A program made the translations under genes and the position numbers. Shown here in pieces: positions 1-12,343 of a stretch of DNA of 64,000 bases; position 1 is the stretch's first letter; each line of letters starts with the position of its first letter. The notes under the pieces were generated by a model. The model did not search any database and was not told the origin of the DNA. It saw only the letters and a list, made by a program, of their open reading frames with translations. This DNA is from Tubulanus polymorphus (lineage: Eukaryota; Animalia; Nemertea): NCBI RefSeq assembly GCF_964204645.1, contig NC_134027.1:19492560-19556559 (forward strand), read 5' to 3'.

Positions 1-329
1 GATACATAATTCACATATGACGTTAACAGTTAGTCCCAATACTCAACGGTTATTCATATTTTTACAGGCATAAATGGGACATTCTACTTGTGCTCTCTAT
101 ATTTTCCGATTCGAAGAACTTCTGTATTATACAGCATATTTCAATCTTTGAAATAGTTATTCAGTACTTATTATCAGTTACTTCAATAAATGACCAATTC
201 AAGCTACCTGCATGCCAGTAATAGGACATATTACATGAAATTCCATTGGCTCAATTAGCCCAAAAGACCCCACCGCGTATCTTTAGCGACTGTGATGCAG
301 GAATCTCAACTTAATCAAAGGAAATTTTT

Positions 330-1620
330 GAACAGAAAAGAAAAAAACTAATTTTTATTTTCCCAGCTGATTACAACAAAAATATTCTATTTAAGAAGCA
401 TTGAAGGTATACTTCAAATTTCTTTGATTTAACCGGTTTATAATATATGAGGGATGAGTATTTTGCTTTTTCCATGCTGTCTGTGAGAAGACAGATTTTT
501 TCCAATACTGATCTACAGGCCGAAATGTGACAAAAGAATCACCATTTGGAAGACTGCCTTCATTCTCAACAAACCAGTTCCTCTCTATTTCTTCTTTCTA
601 GTATTCCTTCCATTTACCTAACACATCATCACAGAACTGAGACACAGTCGACAAGTGTGGAACAATCATATGAGTTGTTTTAGTTCCTCTTTTAACAACA
701 GATGGAGGCATACGGCATCCCGAAGCAGGGTATTTTCCAAGGTTAGTTTCTTCAGCTGGACAGTTGCTCGGAAGAATGACTTGTTACCTCTACTGAACAG
801 CTTGTATGAAGATTCCTGCAAAGTCAATTGCTCGCCCGGTATTCTGATAGTCTTCCCTTCTAGATGGATACTTTTTGAACAAGTAGAATACATAATTCAG
901 GAAGTCATCGACTTTCCATTCCTTCACAGAAAATCCTGCCTTGAAGGAATTGTGGGCAGCATGTAGATTGCAAGAACCGGTATTTATCAGGTTACTACCA
1001 CCTTTCTCAACACACAGTTCATCCATCTTTCCCTGGACAGCTTTGTTCACATTCGGCTCATCTGAACTCAGACTGATCAGTTTCTCTAAAGACAAATTAG
1101 ATTTGCCTAGATAATCTACCAAAGCATCAAGAATAATATCTGAGCAGCATGACCCATAAAACTGTCCCTAAATATCTACTACCAATACAACCTCTGTCAA
1201 CATCCCAAAATCTAACATATAAATCCACCTGTTTTATATTTTGAGAAGTCGATTCATCGTACAGTAACGTGCAAAATGGTGCCTTGCCAACATTTGCTTG
1301 CAAGTTATTGATACAATATGGTGCAAGCCCAAATGTGATGGAATAAGCAGCTTCCGAGACTCATATATTAATAATCTTATCATCGGGAAATATATACAAT
1401 AAATACTGCAAAGAACATCACTGGTAGAAAAGGATTGGTTTTATTTGACCATACGTAAAAGGCCGATTAGTACATCGTGACAGAATCCAAAGTTTTTTTT
1501 GAGTCGGGAGTCCCACCTTTTTCAAAATGCGAAACTGGCCTGTCCCCTCATAGAATCCATCTTTTTTGCGTTGCTATCCCATTGCATGCTATCGTAAGGC
1601 ACACACTCCTTGTGTACTAA
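330..1620 (-). pseudogene. Degenerate hAT-like DNA transposase
   Basis: Fragments such as LISLSSDEPNVN, GSCNLHAAHNSFKAG and LFKKYPSRREDY resemble hAT-family motifs (SMDGPNVN, CxLH, SPARRED). Many frameshifts; boundaries approximate. Confidence 0.7.
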
Positions 1621-1879
1621 TGTTGATTTGTGCCTTGCACATCTTTTTTTTTATCTAACAATAGGGATTGTCCCTGTTATTTATTTGGCTGGTTAATTAG
1701 GGTTTTCTGTTTCTTCACAGAAAACCTTATTGATAGTCGCATGATTATTATTATTATTATCATTATTTTTTTACACACCTTTTTGTCAAAAGGCCAACTG
1801 CAACGCGAGGATCGCATCGCGTTGCAAGGCCGACCTACGTCCGGCTTTAAGTTACTGCGGAGCCCCAGAAATATCTTTT

Positions 1880-2235
1880 TTTTTTCGTTCAAAAGACCTT
1901 TCGCTTGAAAATTCTTTCGTCGAAACAAAATTTATTTCGTTCTTACCAATAATATTCTGTTCGATTGAACCAATTTGAAAAAGTCGTTAGAACAAAGTTG
2001 AACAAACTTTTTTTGTCCAAACGAAAGGTTTTTCATTTGAACAATCGTTCGATCGAACAGAATCGTTTTAATTTGAACAGAATTTTCTTGTCAGAACATT
2101 AAGTTTTTCGTTCGAACAAGTATATTGTAAAAAGTTTTTCTCCGAACCAAAAGTATTAAGTCTTTCGTTCAATCGAACAGAATTGTGTTCATTCAAACAT
2201 TCGTTCGAAAAAAAATGTTTTCGCTCAACCAAAAT
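1880..2235. repeat. Region rich in TTCG/CGAAC short repeats (possible MITE or subterminal repeats)
   Basis: Repeated ttcgttc, tcgaac and gaaca motifs in both orientations; ends not resolved. Confidence 0.35.
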
Positions 2236-2892
2236 TTTGGCCTGAGCATTGGGTCACCTTTTTCTCCAAATAACCTATAAAGATGATAGATAGTAAAATA
2301 AATGAATGTATAGTATAAAATTGAAATTTAATGTATATGAAAATTATTTTTGTTTAATCTTAAGCCGTTCATAAATCATATTCGTATGGTGATACACCTT
2401 GGTGATACATCATGCATGTCATCCTGGTTAAGTTAAATCAATTTAACCAAAAATACATAAACAGGACTATTATGTATTTTTGATATAACTGAATATAGTA
2501 GCATGTAGGGGTCTAACGAGAAAAGTGCACATTCCACGGCACGCAATACATGATAACAAAATGACTCCCCATAACCACCATTTTAGTTTTACCCTATACC
2601 CTTCATTTGTTCAATGAAATGTAATAAGATGTTTTAAAAGGTTATGAACCTAGACCGATCTGATCAACGCTATAAAAACTACATAACATATAGAAATCAA
2701 CTAAATTATATAAGAAGAAGAAGAAAAAAGATAAATTACTATTAACAGAAAATTGAATCGTTTGGAACAAATAGTCGGAAAACTTGGAAACTAATGGGAC
2801 TCCGGCACACCAGCTATCCCGTCAGAGGGCGCGCGATGATAGTACGACTCACAAACCCGGAAGTGTCTGACAAAATAGCTCGAAATTCTTCA

Positions 2893-3074
2893 ATGCCAGG
2901 CCATTGTTGTGTACCCAAATGCGTCGGAAAAGGTGGTCATCGTTTTCCAAAGGACGAAGAACTAAAAAATGGTGGATTCAAGCTGTGAAAAGGGGCGAGC
3001 CCGGTTGGCTACCGAAAGCAGCGTGTGTAAGTCCCATTTCGACGAAGGCGATTACATCTTGCAAACTAAAGAAA
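2893..3074 (+). pseudogene. THAP domain exon (transposon-derived), frameshifted
   Basis: MPGHCCVPKC..HRFPKD..WIQAVKR..VCKSHF across frames is the C2CH THAP signature; it ends at a GTAAGT donor. Confidence 0.75.
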
Positions 3075-4309
3075 GTAAGTTAAAAGAACCATTACACATG
3101 TTTTAATGTGAATACTGAATTGCCTGTATCTAAACTGCTTTTCTTATTTGCTTATTTAATTTAAAAAAGCAATCCAGCTATTGCTACGATGTGTGATGAT
3201 AGGCCTACTCTAGATTCTAGAACAAAACCTTACACTTTAACCCTCAGAAATCGATAGATCTGAGTGCAATGCCGGTTCACTATTAACCGCTGTTGCAACA
3301 TGCATCACCGCTTGAAATACTTTTTTTGCTATTAATTTATTCATTCTCAAAAAGGCAAATAAGGCCACGCAAAAATACCCTTGTTTCTCGTCAGCCTTTT
3401 TTGGAAAAGTGACGAGGGCGGCAGGTCTTTATTTTTACCTCTCTTAAAGAAAAGGAGAAATAAAAGAGGCATATTCCAAAAGTGATGAGGGCAACTAATT
3501 TTCAAATGGGGAAAATTCAGGCTGAAATACTCACCTGCCACCATGAAGAAAAGCATGAAAAAGTGTGATTAGGTTGTTTATAGGGATAGGTTGTTTATCA
3601 GGGAATGTTTTACTTATTCAAAAAAAGGGGAACAAAAACAAGATTTCTTGATGTGCGATGCGCATTTTATTTTTGTTTTTCACTGACAAACTATTTTTTG
3701 ATGAGCGCAGAAAATGAAAAACTGATGAGAAACAAGCTAGTTTTTTGCATGGCCTAATAAGGGATTATTTTTCGTTTTCATTTACTCTCAAAAAGCTAGA
3801 TAATTAGGGATTGTTTTCATTTTGTTTTGCAGAGGAGACCGCTGTTAATAAAATTTTAAAAGCTGGAGTAGTGCCACACATTTTTCCCTGGAGACAGGTT
3901 TCTTTTCTGCTGAGAAAAGAAAACAGCGATTTAAGAAAAGGTTGTTGTTTATAGAGAACAGTTCGATTGTGCCTGTGACATTGGAGCTGACATTGAAGTA
4001 ATAACTGAAACACCAGAAACTGAAGAGATAATAGAACGATAACCACACTCAAACGTGGTGAACGGATAATAAGATAAAATCCCACTATTTACAGATTAAA
4101 AGAATTTAAAAACCAGAATTTATTTATTCAATCAAAAATATATAAAAGACACGACGTTTCGATCTCACCCTAGAGATCATCATTATATTATTCGTTATAC
4201 TAGATATAATTCTAATATAACGAATACAAACTTTGTAAAAAAAACTCATAATTATTAGCCTATGCTTAATCATGCTCTTTAGTCTATTCATATAGACTCA
4301 TCAAGTCGC

Positions 4310-5900
4310 GAGAACTATCATTGATGGCTAAGTTTTCCCAATACGACCTTCTGTTCATCGGTGTAAGTAGACATAGTTTTGAGAAAATATCCTGTTTCTT
4401 TGCATCTGGTATACCTCTGTCATTTTCACGATGCTGATACATATATTGGCGGTTAAGGATCATGGCAGCAACCTTTTTTTCAGAAACTCTCCCTCATTAT
4501 ATTCTACTGAGTTGTAGGATTCTTTCCAGAAAAAATCTTAGTCGATCCAGCTTTAAACATAACGATTTTAACCGCTGCTAAGTGTGGTTTCAAAGTATAT
4601 CTTCCACTGGACATTTCATTTTCATACCTAACGAAGTCGGTATGTTGCATGACGATAGCTGTGCCATTTTTTCAATGACTGATTTGTAATCGTCGAAATC
4701 ATATACATTTTTTCGCCTTTTCATTTCTCTCTTAACTTTACTGTGGAATGTATCCGCACTCATAAATGTGTGACCTTTCTCAAGGTATTTCAAGACTACA
4801 AGTTTTGTTTTCGTCATTAATATTAACCTCTCTACACAGAGCACTATATAGGGTCCAATTCTTATTCTGACCACTACAGTTGTCACAGTAAATGATAATA
4901 TTTTCCGTATCTGGGCACGGGGCCGATCTCGGGAATGTGACGAAACAACTGGCAATATCTTCGTCATTTCTTCCACTTACTGCCTCTGTCCAAATCACAC
5001 CTGTAGGTTTCATACTCGAATGATTTGCTCCAAGTGGCGCAAAAGTCTCATTGAAGGCAACCAGTCGTCTTGTAAACAGAGCCGTCTTCGCACCAGGTAA
5101 CCGGGGTAACATTATAACCTTTTCTAAATCAGCGGATACAATCATAGTTTCACCATCATACATTTTACTGGCATATTCTTATACATACTTCTTGCTTCTT
5201 TCTTCTTTCTTCTTGCTTCTTTCACACAATCTTGGTGTTTATCATGGAATTGACATATCTGACAATCTTCCATACTGCATTGATGCTTCTTATATTCGAT
5301 ACATATTTCACATTCCTCTTCCCCCAGTTTGGAACTAATTTTCATCTCTTTTAGAATGCGGATATATGTAACATAGGAGACTTTGGAATCTGGAAAGAGT
5401 TTGTTGAAATCATCATGCATTACTGTGGCATTTACTTCTGTAGTGAGATATCGAGTATGAGGAGCGTGTTCTCTTCTGTAATGACTGATAGATGGGTTAT
5501 AGGACTCAACATGCGATTCTCATGTAGTTCTGTGGTTTTGGCATGTTTTGGAGCATGTTTTCCTCTCTTGTCTTTCGGTGGCGAAAATACATTTTGACCC
5601 TGTTGTGCTGCCAAGGTATGCGTAAGAATCCGATCGCTCTTATACCCTAAGGTCTGCAAGAAGAATGTCTGGCAAACTTCAACATCAAGAGTAGCCGTAG
5701 CCACTGGCAGATAGAATTTACGAACTTTTCTATCGCTTGCAGATTTGGAATCGCAGCACTTGACATGATAGAATACCCAAGCTTTTCGCTCACTATAATC
5801 AGTAATATTCCAAAAGCTGTCATGAATATTTCGTCTTTCGATTTCTGCACAGCTTAAAAGTAATGGATGGTCCAAAACAAGTTTTTCGTGCTGTTCAGTT
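4310..5900 (-). pseudogene. Sola1-like DDD transposase, frameshifted
   Basis: VCQTFFLQTLG, DKRGKH, ADLEKVIMLP, YCDNCSGQNKN and YLEKGHTFMSAD motifs are spread over several ORFs. Confidence 0.75.
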
Positions 5901-7071
5901 GGAGTGAGCCTTTTTTTCTTAGGGGGCGGCCTTTACGTTTTCTCTGTCGTTATGCTGAGGGTCATTTTCACCCGTTGAAGCGCTACTTTCAATTTCAACC
6001 GGTACAGTGGCTTGCGTTGAATACGCATTCAAAATTTTCTCTCCGTCATCCACAATACCTGCCTCTCAAAGGGTTCTAAAAACGTCACTAAAGTTAAGGA
6101 GGGACATCCTGAAAAGTGTAAAAATGAGAGATCGAAATTTGTAGCATTATATAGCTCTGGCCATGCTGAAAATGATAGAAATTCTGAAATTACATGGCAT
6201 AGGCCAGTTTTCAATCCAGTGATCAGTTTGCAATCCAGTGATAGGCCTTATAATAATAATGATAATGATAAAACAGTGATGAAACATCCATGCTTGGAAC
6301 AGAGGAAATTTTTCTATTATTTCGTGAAAACTTTAGATACATACCTGCAGTACTCAAGATCCAGACACTTCAAATTTATTCGTTTTTAACCTAATGCTAT
6401 CATGGATGATTGAAATAAGAATCCTAACAACATAAATTCCAACAATTAAAACTGTTTCAGTTTCAAAAAATGCATTGACAAAAGGAAGTAGGTCAGACAA
6501 TTTACCTGGCAGAAGGAAGTATGTGCGATGATCTGACAAAAAGAAGTATATCAGATGATTTATCTGACAAAACGAAGTAAGTCAGGTTACTTAGCGAAAC
6601 ATACTTCTTTTTGTCATTTGATACTTCTAGCAGTCGCTCAAACAATAGCTTACTGCATGTTGTCAGTTAATATGAGGGAAATGATAAGACATACTTCCTT
6701 TTCTCATTTTTTATCTCCCTAACGGTGAGAGATAATGATCTGAGGATTACACCAAATGAAAGAGCAGGTCCAAATCAGGTAAGATCAATCAAAACCTGAT
6801 TTTCGAAAAATTTTGACTTACACCCTTTTGTCAGAAATGGGCAAAATTATATCCAAATTCAATTATCTTTATAATCTTGTACATATAAGTAAATAAATCA
6901 TTCATTCATTCATCAATCTTTGGGGATTTTTGGGTAGAGCTTGGCACCCGGGCTTAAATGAATGGTGAGCCCCCCCCCCCCCACCTTGAAACACCTGTCT
7001 GCCACTCTGGGAGTTTTCACTTTTGGCGTATAGGGGGCGCTAAATACGGGGATTCGTAAGAAAAATCGTCA

Positions 7072-7081
7072 TATATATAAA

Positions 7082-7112
<31 letters not shown>

Positions 7113-7119
7113 GTGTGTG

Positions 7120-7164
<45 letters not shown>

Positions 7165-7212
7165 GCGTGCGTATGTGTGTGTATGTGTGTATGTATGTAT
7201 GTATGTATGTAT
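7072..7212. repeat. Compound microsatellite (TA/TATG/TG/TGCG)
   Basis: Seen directly. Confidence 0.95.
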
Positions 7213-7280
7213 AACTGACAAATATGATTCCCGTGTCTTTGCATAAACAGAAACTTAATTTCCAGCCCTGTAAAAAATAA

Positions 7281-7306
7281 ATGATTTCAAACGTTCAAAC
7301 GATTCA

Positions 7307-7390
<84 letters not shown>

Positions 7391-7418
7391 CATGAATCGT
7401 TTGAACGTTTGAAATCAT
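7281..7418. repeat. (TA)n tract flanked by ~30-bp perfect inverted repeats
   Basis: atgatttcaaacgttcaaacgattcatgca-(TA)n-tgcatgaatcgtttgaacgtttgaaatcat. Confidence 0.9.
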
Positions 7419-7639
7419 ATGAAGAATCATAATGGCCGTCATTGTTGAAACGCCGTTGCTATGACACCATAGATTTTGATGTCTCCATCCTTTCAATAAA
7501 TGGATAACCGACTTTCCTGTTGCGGTGGGACATCAACATCAAACAAATAGAATCACCATGGAAGCACATACTGTTAAAAGTTGTACTCCAACATTGTTGA
7601 CTGTCTCCATGGTAACTAAGGCCACAAATGCATGAAAAT

Positions 7640-8520
7640 ACCTATGAAATGATTTTGGTTACATCCCGATCTTGAGTTGTCACAGTGATACTGGTAGCGA
7701 TTCCTATGTTTTCGGGGTCGCTCTTCCCGTTTTTGGGCAGAGAATAAAGCGTACACTTCACAAGACCGAGTATGGCTGTACCAGCCCAAGCTTTCTTACG
7801 GACACCCCAGTGGCAAACTGGCAACTGGCCAAGCTGGTGCACTTTGACCGTTTGAAACTGTACCTAGGCGTTTGTTATGGGACCCTTCCTATCGCTACGA
7901 CGGAAGAGGAGAGAACCAGCGACCAGGAGCCCTAGACAACCTCTAGTACGTGGCAGAGTAGACGGGCTCGCCCTATAACCCGATCTCCTGAATTTCATTA
8001 AATGTAGACGATACCAACCCGGGGAAACTATGCTATATCCTTACCATCTCATCATAATCAACACAAAATCTTTTTTTGTCTATAAGGTCTCTACATAAAT
8101 GTCGAGGCTGCCGTTACGAGAATAAGAACCGAGACAGCCTCAGAAGACACGAGGAAGGGTGCTAATTGCTGGCGCACGATGGTATCGTGTTCCGATACGA
8201 AGAATACGTCACGCCCGATGCGTCACGCCCAGCGAGCCAACGGTTCCTCGAAGTGCGTCTCTCGATTGGTAATGGAGAAATGGGACAACCCGCCGGACGT
8301 CAGTATTCTAGACCCGATCCCGAAGCGGAAGTCAGTCAGTCAAGAGACGGAAAAAGAAGAGAAACCGCGTTTGGAGGAGGTTGAGTCGTCCTCGGGAGCG
8401 TCAGATGAGACGGAAATCGGAGTGGGCGAGCTGACGATAGTAGATAAATTGGAAGAGAGAGCAGGAGACAAGGTGGCGAAGCCAGCAGAGAAGGAAGAAT
8501 GAGAAAGAAACGGATGCGGA
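7640..8520 (+). mobile_element. Gypsy-like LTR retrotransposon remnant (integrase C-terminus and downstream region)
   Basis: LVHFDRLKLY motif typical of Gypsy integrase C-termini. GC-richer purine-rich sequence similar in character to 29760-30510. Confidence 0.5.
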
Positions 8521-8521
8521 G

Positions 8522-9293
8522 ATTTTATTTTTTTTAACCATTGAAATTTTGTTATAAACATAACATTAACAATATACAATGGACAACCACAAATCGTCCG
8601 GGGACATTACATGTGGTCTCGGAACGAGAAGAAAAACAAAATATTACGTAAATATAGCGGTTACATGACATATTAGTTACATGATTGTTGAAAGTCTACA
8701 TTCTACAGGTTTCAAGAATCTGAAGGTATTTTCTCATCGTATGGGTCTTAACGAAGTCGGTGACAATATAGAATAAACATGCTTAAGCCAAGAAGATAAA
8801 TGTTCAAGTAATTCATGGTCACTCAAAGACGACAATATGCTGAATAAAAGATGCGCTTATACTTATTATTTGTAGATTTACAGCATGATCAAGATTATTG
8901 CTTCCATGAATGAGGAAATTACATTTATCTTTTTGGCTTAAGTTTGAATAAATGTCATACTTCTTAGGAAAGGTGAAGGCGGTTTCTAAGGTTAACTATT
9001 GTGGGTTTACGACATTTGATAAAAAGGTGGATTGTATCAAAACGCTGACAACAAAACTCACATAAGTGAATTGCATTTTCAAAATTATGACGAAAATAGT
9101 GTGCTGGCAGCAGTAAATCCACTCGCAAGCGGTTCAGGTTTATTTCATTACTACGAGTTAAGATTGACATATCTGTAGTGCTGTAGGCTGTTTTTAGCGT
9201 ATTTGATCGAATTCTGGATTTATATCGAGACAAGGTTGGGAGCGTTCGAATTTCAGGCAAGGTGTCCATCTCGGCATTAGAGAATACATTTGG
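8522..9293 (-). mobile_element. 3' part of CR1/L2-like LINE (ORF2 C-terminus, 3' UTR, A-rich tail)
   Basis: ORF 8964-9269 NEINLNRLR..H..C..C..D..HLFIKC resembles a LINE ORF2 C-terminus; T-run at ~8524-8535; continues beyond P1 at 26250. Confidence 0.7.
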
Positions 9294-9363
9294 AGTAATT
9301 GTAAAAGTGGGGTTTCATACCAGAGTACTAGAGTACTAAACACCACTCATCACCACAAGTAAT
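9294..9363 (+). repeat. P1 left terminal inverted repeat
   Basis: Reverse complement of 26180-26249. Confidence 0.95.
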
Positions 9364-9670
9364 AATTCAATTGAGTATGAGACACCACTCATCACAGCTA
9401 GGCTCTAGTGAGAACGGACGATTGCTCTGTGACACACATATACAGTGAGTGCGCGTAACAACATCTGCGCGTGGATTGATCGATACAGTGAGTCTCTACT
9501 GAGAACGGTTATTAACGCGTGTGCTATTACTGTAGTACAGTGATTGCGTGTCAACTGTACCCGGATAAATAGATGCTGTGAGGCTTGGGTGAGAACGGTT
9601 AATAGCGCGCTTGTTATATAGGGGGAAGTAATCCCCACTCATTACCACAAGTAATTTTTTTTCCTTATAA

Positions 9671-9886
9671 ATGGAAAGGAATGATGAATACAATAAAAAA
9701 CTTATGTGGGGTTGGAAAAATTTACGGCCTTTAGAAAAGAAAGAAAATCAAATCAAATCTAATAAACTAGATTTACAGTTATATTTAGAACAGTTAACAA
9801 AGGCAAAGAAATTTATTGAATTATGGAACAATGATCCAAATAATGAACAATACGTTGAGGAATTTGATATCAAGGAACCGAAATGA
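9671..9886 (+). CDS. P1 hypothetical 71-aa protein
   Basis: TAAATG start behind the same ~105-bp leader as ORF 10022. Confidence 0.65.
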   Translation: MERNDEYNKKLMWGWKNLRPLEKKENQIKSNKLDLQLYLEQLTKAKKFIELWNNDPNNEQYVEEFDIKEPK

Positions 9887-10021
9887 CTTATCTAGACAGT
9901 TATAATTACTGCTCCTAATAGATGCTGTGAGGCTTGGGTGAGAACGGTTAATAGCGTGTTTGTTATATACAAGGGGAAGTAATCCCCACTCATCACTACA
10001 AGTAATTTCTTTTCCTAATAA

Positions 10022-10348
10022 ATGGGAGATAGAAAAGCATTCTTAGCAACAATAAATAACAGAATAAAACCAGCAAAAAAACAATTTGAAATAAAAAAGT
10101 TAGTTGATGTTACAAAAGAAATTGAACATAAAATATTGAAATTAGAAAAGATAAAAACTAAATATGGAGAGAAAGTATCAGCTAATTTAAGCTACTGTAA
10201 TGTTAGTACATCGCGAGAATTTAAAGTATTTTTACCTGATAAATGGGTTTCATTGAGTACAGAGGAATTAAAAGATTTAGAAGGATTTAAAATAATCTAT
10301 CATGGAAAAAATGAAGACGGCCATCATGATTTAGAAATTGTTGATTAA
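10022..10348 (+). CDS. P1 conserved small protein (possible OB-fold/ssDNA-binding)
   Basis: KKL..TKYGEK..VFLPDKW..YHGKN is shared with 34850-35178 and 53384-53725. Function is inferred only. Confidence 0.75.
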   Translation: MGDRKAFLATINNRIKPAKKQFEIKKLVDVTKEIEHKILKLEKIKTKYGEKVSANLSYCNVSTSREFKVFLPDKWVSLSTEELKDLEGFKIIYHGKNEDGHHDLEIVD

Positions 10349-10539
10349 ATTAAAAAAAATAAATTAATAAAAATAATGAATATCTAGAATCCGAAATGAC
10401 TTATCTGGACAATTTAATTGCTCCGCATAGATGGTGCCATAAACGGCACCCACACAGTGATAGACAAAAGTAGTGAGATATTCAATTAATATTCAATTAA
10501 TTAAAAAAAATTATTTTTTTTGCTTTTTTTCTAAAATAT

Positions 10540-10904
10540 TAATCCATTTTTTTTTATTGTCAATTTTGGAATTTCAGAAGTATTTTCATTTTTAATAGCA
10601 GTTGTTTCAGAATTATTAATATCATGAATTTTATTTGATTTCTTATACCAATTACACCCAATCAAAATGAATACAATTACAAATCCAACTGTAAAATATA
10701 AATATTTATCAAATATTCTATTATCAGAAGGAGTAAAAATAACAATATTTTCACTATTTTTATTGACATTTTTATTATTTTTTCTTTTACAGCTTTTTTA
10801 TATTCTTGTGATTTAATTCCTAATTGCCGAGACCATTCAATTTGTTTCTGTGATCTAGGTTTTTTCTTCACAGTTAATTCTTTCACTTCTTTCACCTCGC
10901 TCAT
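10540..10904 (-). pseudogene. P1 small membrane protein, frameshifted
   Basis: Homologous to intact 36263-36619 and 63212-63556 (KKKPRS.KQI.W plus TM segment). Confidence 0.75.
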
Positions 10905-11441
10905 TTATTATAGAAATATTTTTACTTTCAATATTTGAAAATGTTATAACCCCAGTTGATAATAATGTCATAAATCCGCCTAATTGAAATGATAAATATC
11001 CAATCCATTTATTTAATTCAGTCATAACTAAATAGTCATTTTTTAAATCGGAATATAATCTATTTTCATCTTCAATTGCTAGTATATAATTACATAATTT
11101 ACTATAACCTTTTACTACATTTTCTGATATCGCGTCATTAATTCTAGCTGTTCTCGCGGTTTCATAAATCTTAAATAATCTAATAATTTCATCTGATTTC
11201 ATTGTATCTAGTTCATTATAAGTTAAATTTTTACCGACAAATTTTTACATTTTCCAGATGCTATTAATATTTCTAATTGATGTTTACAATAAAGATAATA
11301 TTCATAATTATTATTTGTTGTAACATTATTTAAAGCACCATCATCTGGAATTAATTTGTTTTCTGTTATTCCTAAATCATCTAAAGTTTTTTCAATTGGA
11401 ACATCACCATTTTTAGTTTTTATTTTCTTTTCACCTACCAT
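10855..11441 (-). pseudogene. P1 conserved hypothetical protein with hydrophobic C-terminus, frameshifted
   Basis: ORFs 11223-11441 and 10855-11202; homologs at 36528-37158 and 63549-64000. Confidence 0.75.
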
Positions 11442-11457
11442 TTATATAACAAATAAA

Positions 11458-11735
11458 TTAGTTGTGTTGTTGCAACTAGAATTCAACTAGAATGTAAATA
11501 GAATTCAACTAGATTAACAAGCTAGTTGAAATATTGTTGTTTTTATTTATTTCTTGTTAAATCTAGTTAATTTTTGTTCCAACTACTAATAACTAGAATT
11601 CAACTAGAACGTAACTAGAATTAAACTAGATTAACAAGCTAGTTGAAATATTGTTAAATCTAGTTGATTTTTATTCCAACTACCAATAACTAGAATTCAA
11701 CTAGAATTCAACTAGATTAACAAGCTAGTTGAATT
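11458..11735. repeat. Intergenic AACTAG/CTAGTT repeat array of P1
   Basis: Three units of aactagaattcaactagaa..aactagattaacaagctagttgaa; also present in P2 at ~37177-37478. Confidence 0.9.
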
Positions 11736-12343
11736 TAAATAAATTCATATTTAAATGGGTGTTGTAATATAAATAGTAATTTTGATCTTTTAATATTTTT
11801 CAACTTATCCATATATTCATTATGTAAATCATGTGGAATAATATCATTTTCCACAAGTGCATTTTTCATCGATTTTCTATCTTTATTGTAGAATAAAACT
11901 AGAAATCTAATGTTTTCTCTAAAGTCTTTAACAATTGAATTATATTTTTGATTTAAAACCCAAGTTGTTATCCCAAAATGTCTGCCAGAAAAAGCTAAAT
12001 AGCATAACTCACTTTCTCTAACTTTTGAATCATGTAGATTAGCACAATCATCTATAATGAATAATGTATTTGATCCTTTATAAATATCAATTGCTATTTT
12101 AATACAATTATCTAAATTTTCTTTTACTGTATTAGGATCTAATATAATAAATTTATTATTCCTAGTAATATTTCTATCATAAGTTTGATTAAATTCATAT
12201 GTTGGACAAAATGATACTATATTATCAAAATAGTTTTCATAAACAGTTTCTAATAAATTTAATATAAAATAAGTTTTTCCACAATTTGTTACACCAGAAA
12301 TTAACATATTATGAGGCTCAAATATGAATAATTCCTTATTCAT
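11735..12343 (-). CDS. A32-like (FtsK-HerA) packaging ATPase
   Basis: Walker A GVTNCGKT, Walker B FIIDD, GRHFGI and NQKY motifs. Confidence 0.93.
   Translation of the reverse strand: MNKELFIFEPHNMLISGVTNCGKTYFILNLLETVYENYFDNIVSFCPTYEFNQTYDRNITRNNKFIILDPNTVKENLDNCIKIAIDIYKGSNTLFIIDDCANLHDSKVRESELCYLAFSGRHFGITTWVLNQKYNSIVKDFRENIRFLVLFYNKDRKSMKNALVENDIIPHDLHNEYMDKLKNIKRSKLLFILQHPFKYEFI

Noticed and set aside
4151-4183. Hammerhead ribozyme on minus strand (TGAT-GATCTC..GAGATC-GAAACGTC)
   Set aside because: The CUGA core and stem I are missing; at most a truncated Penelope-like end.
7017-7496. ORFs with HT/YI repeats (also 39281-39502)
   Set aside because: Translations of microsatellites.
11458-11735. 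CRISPR-like array
   Set aside because: No unique spacers of regular length, no cas genes, eukaryotic viral context.
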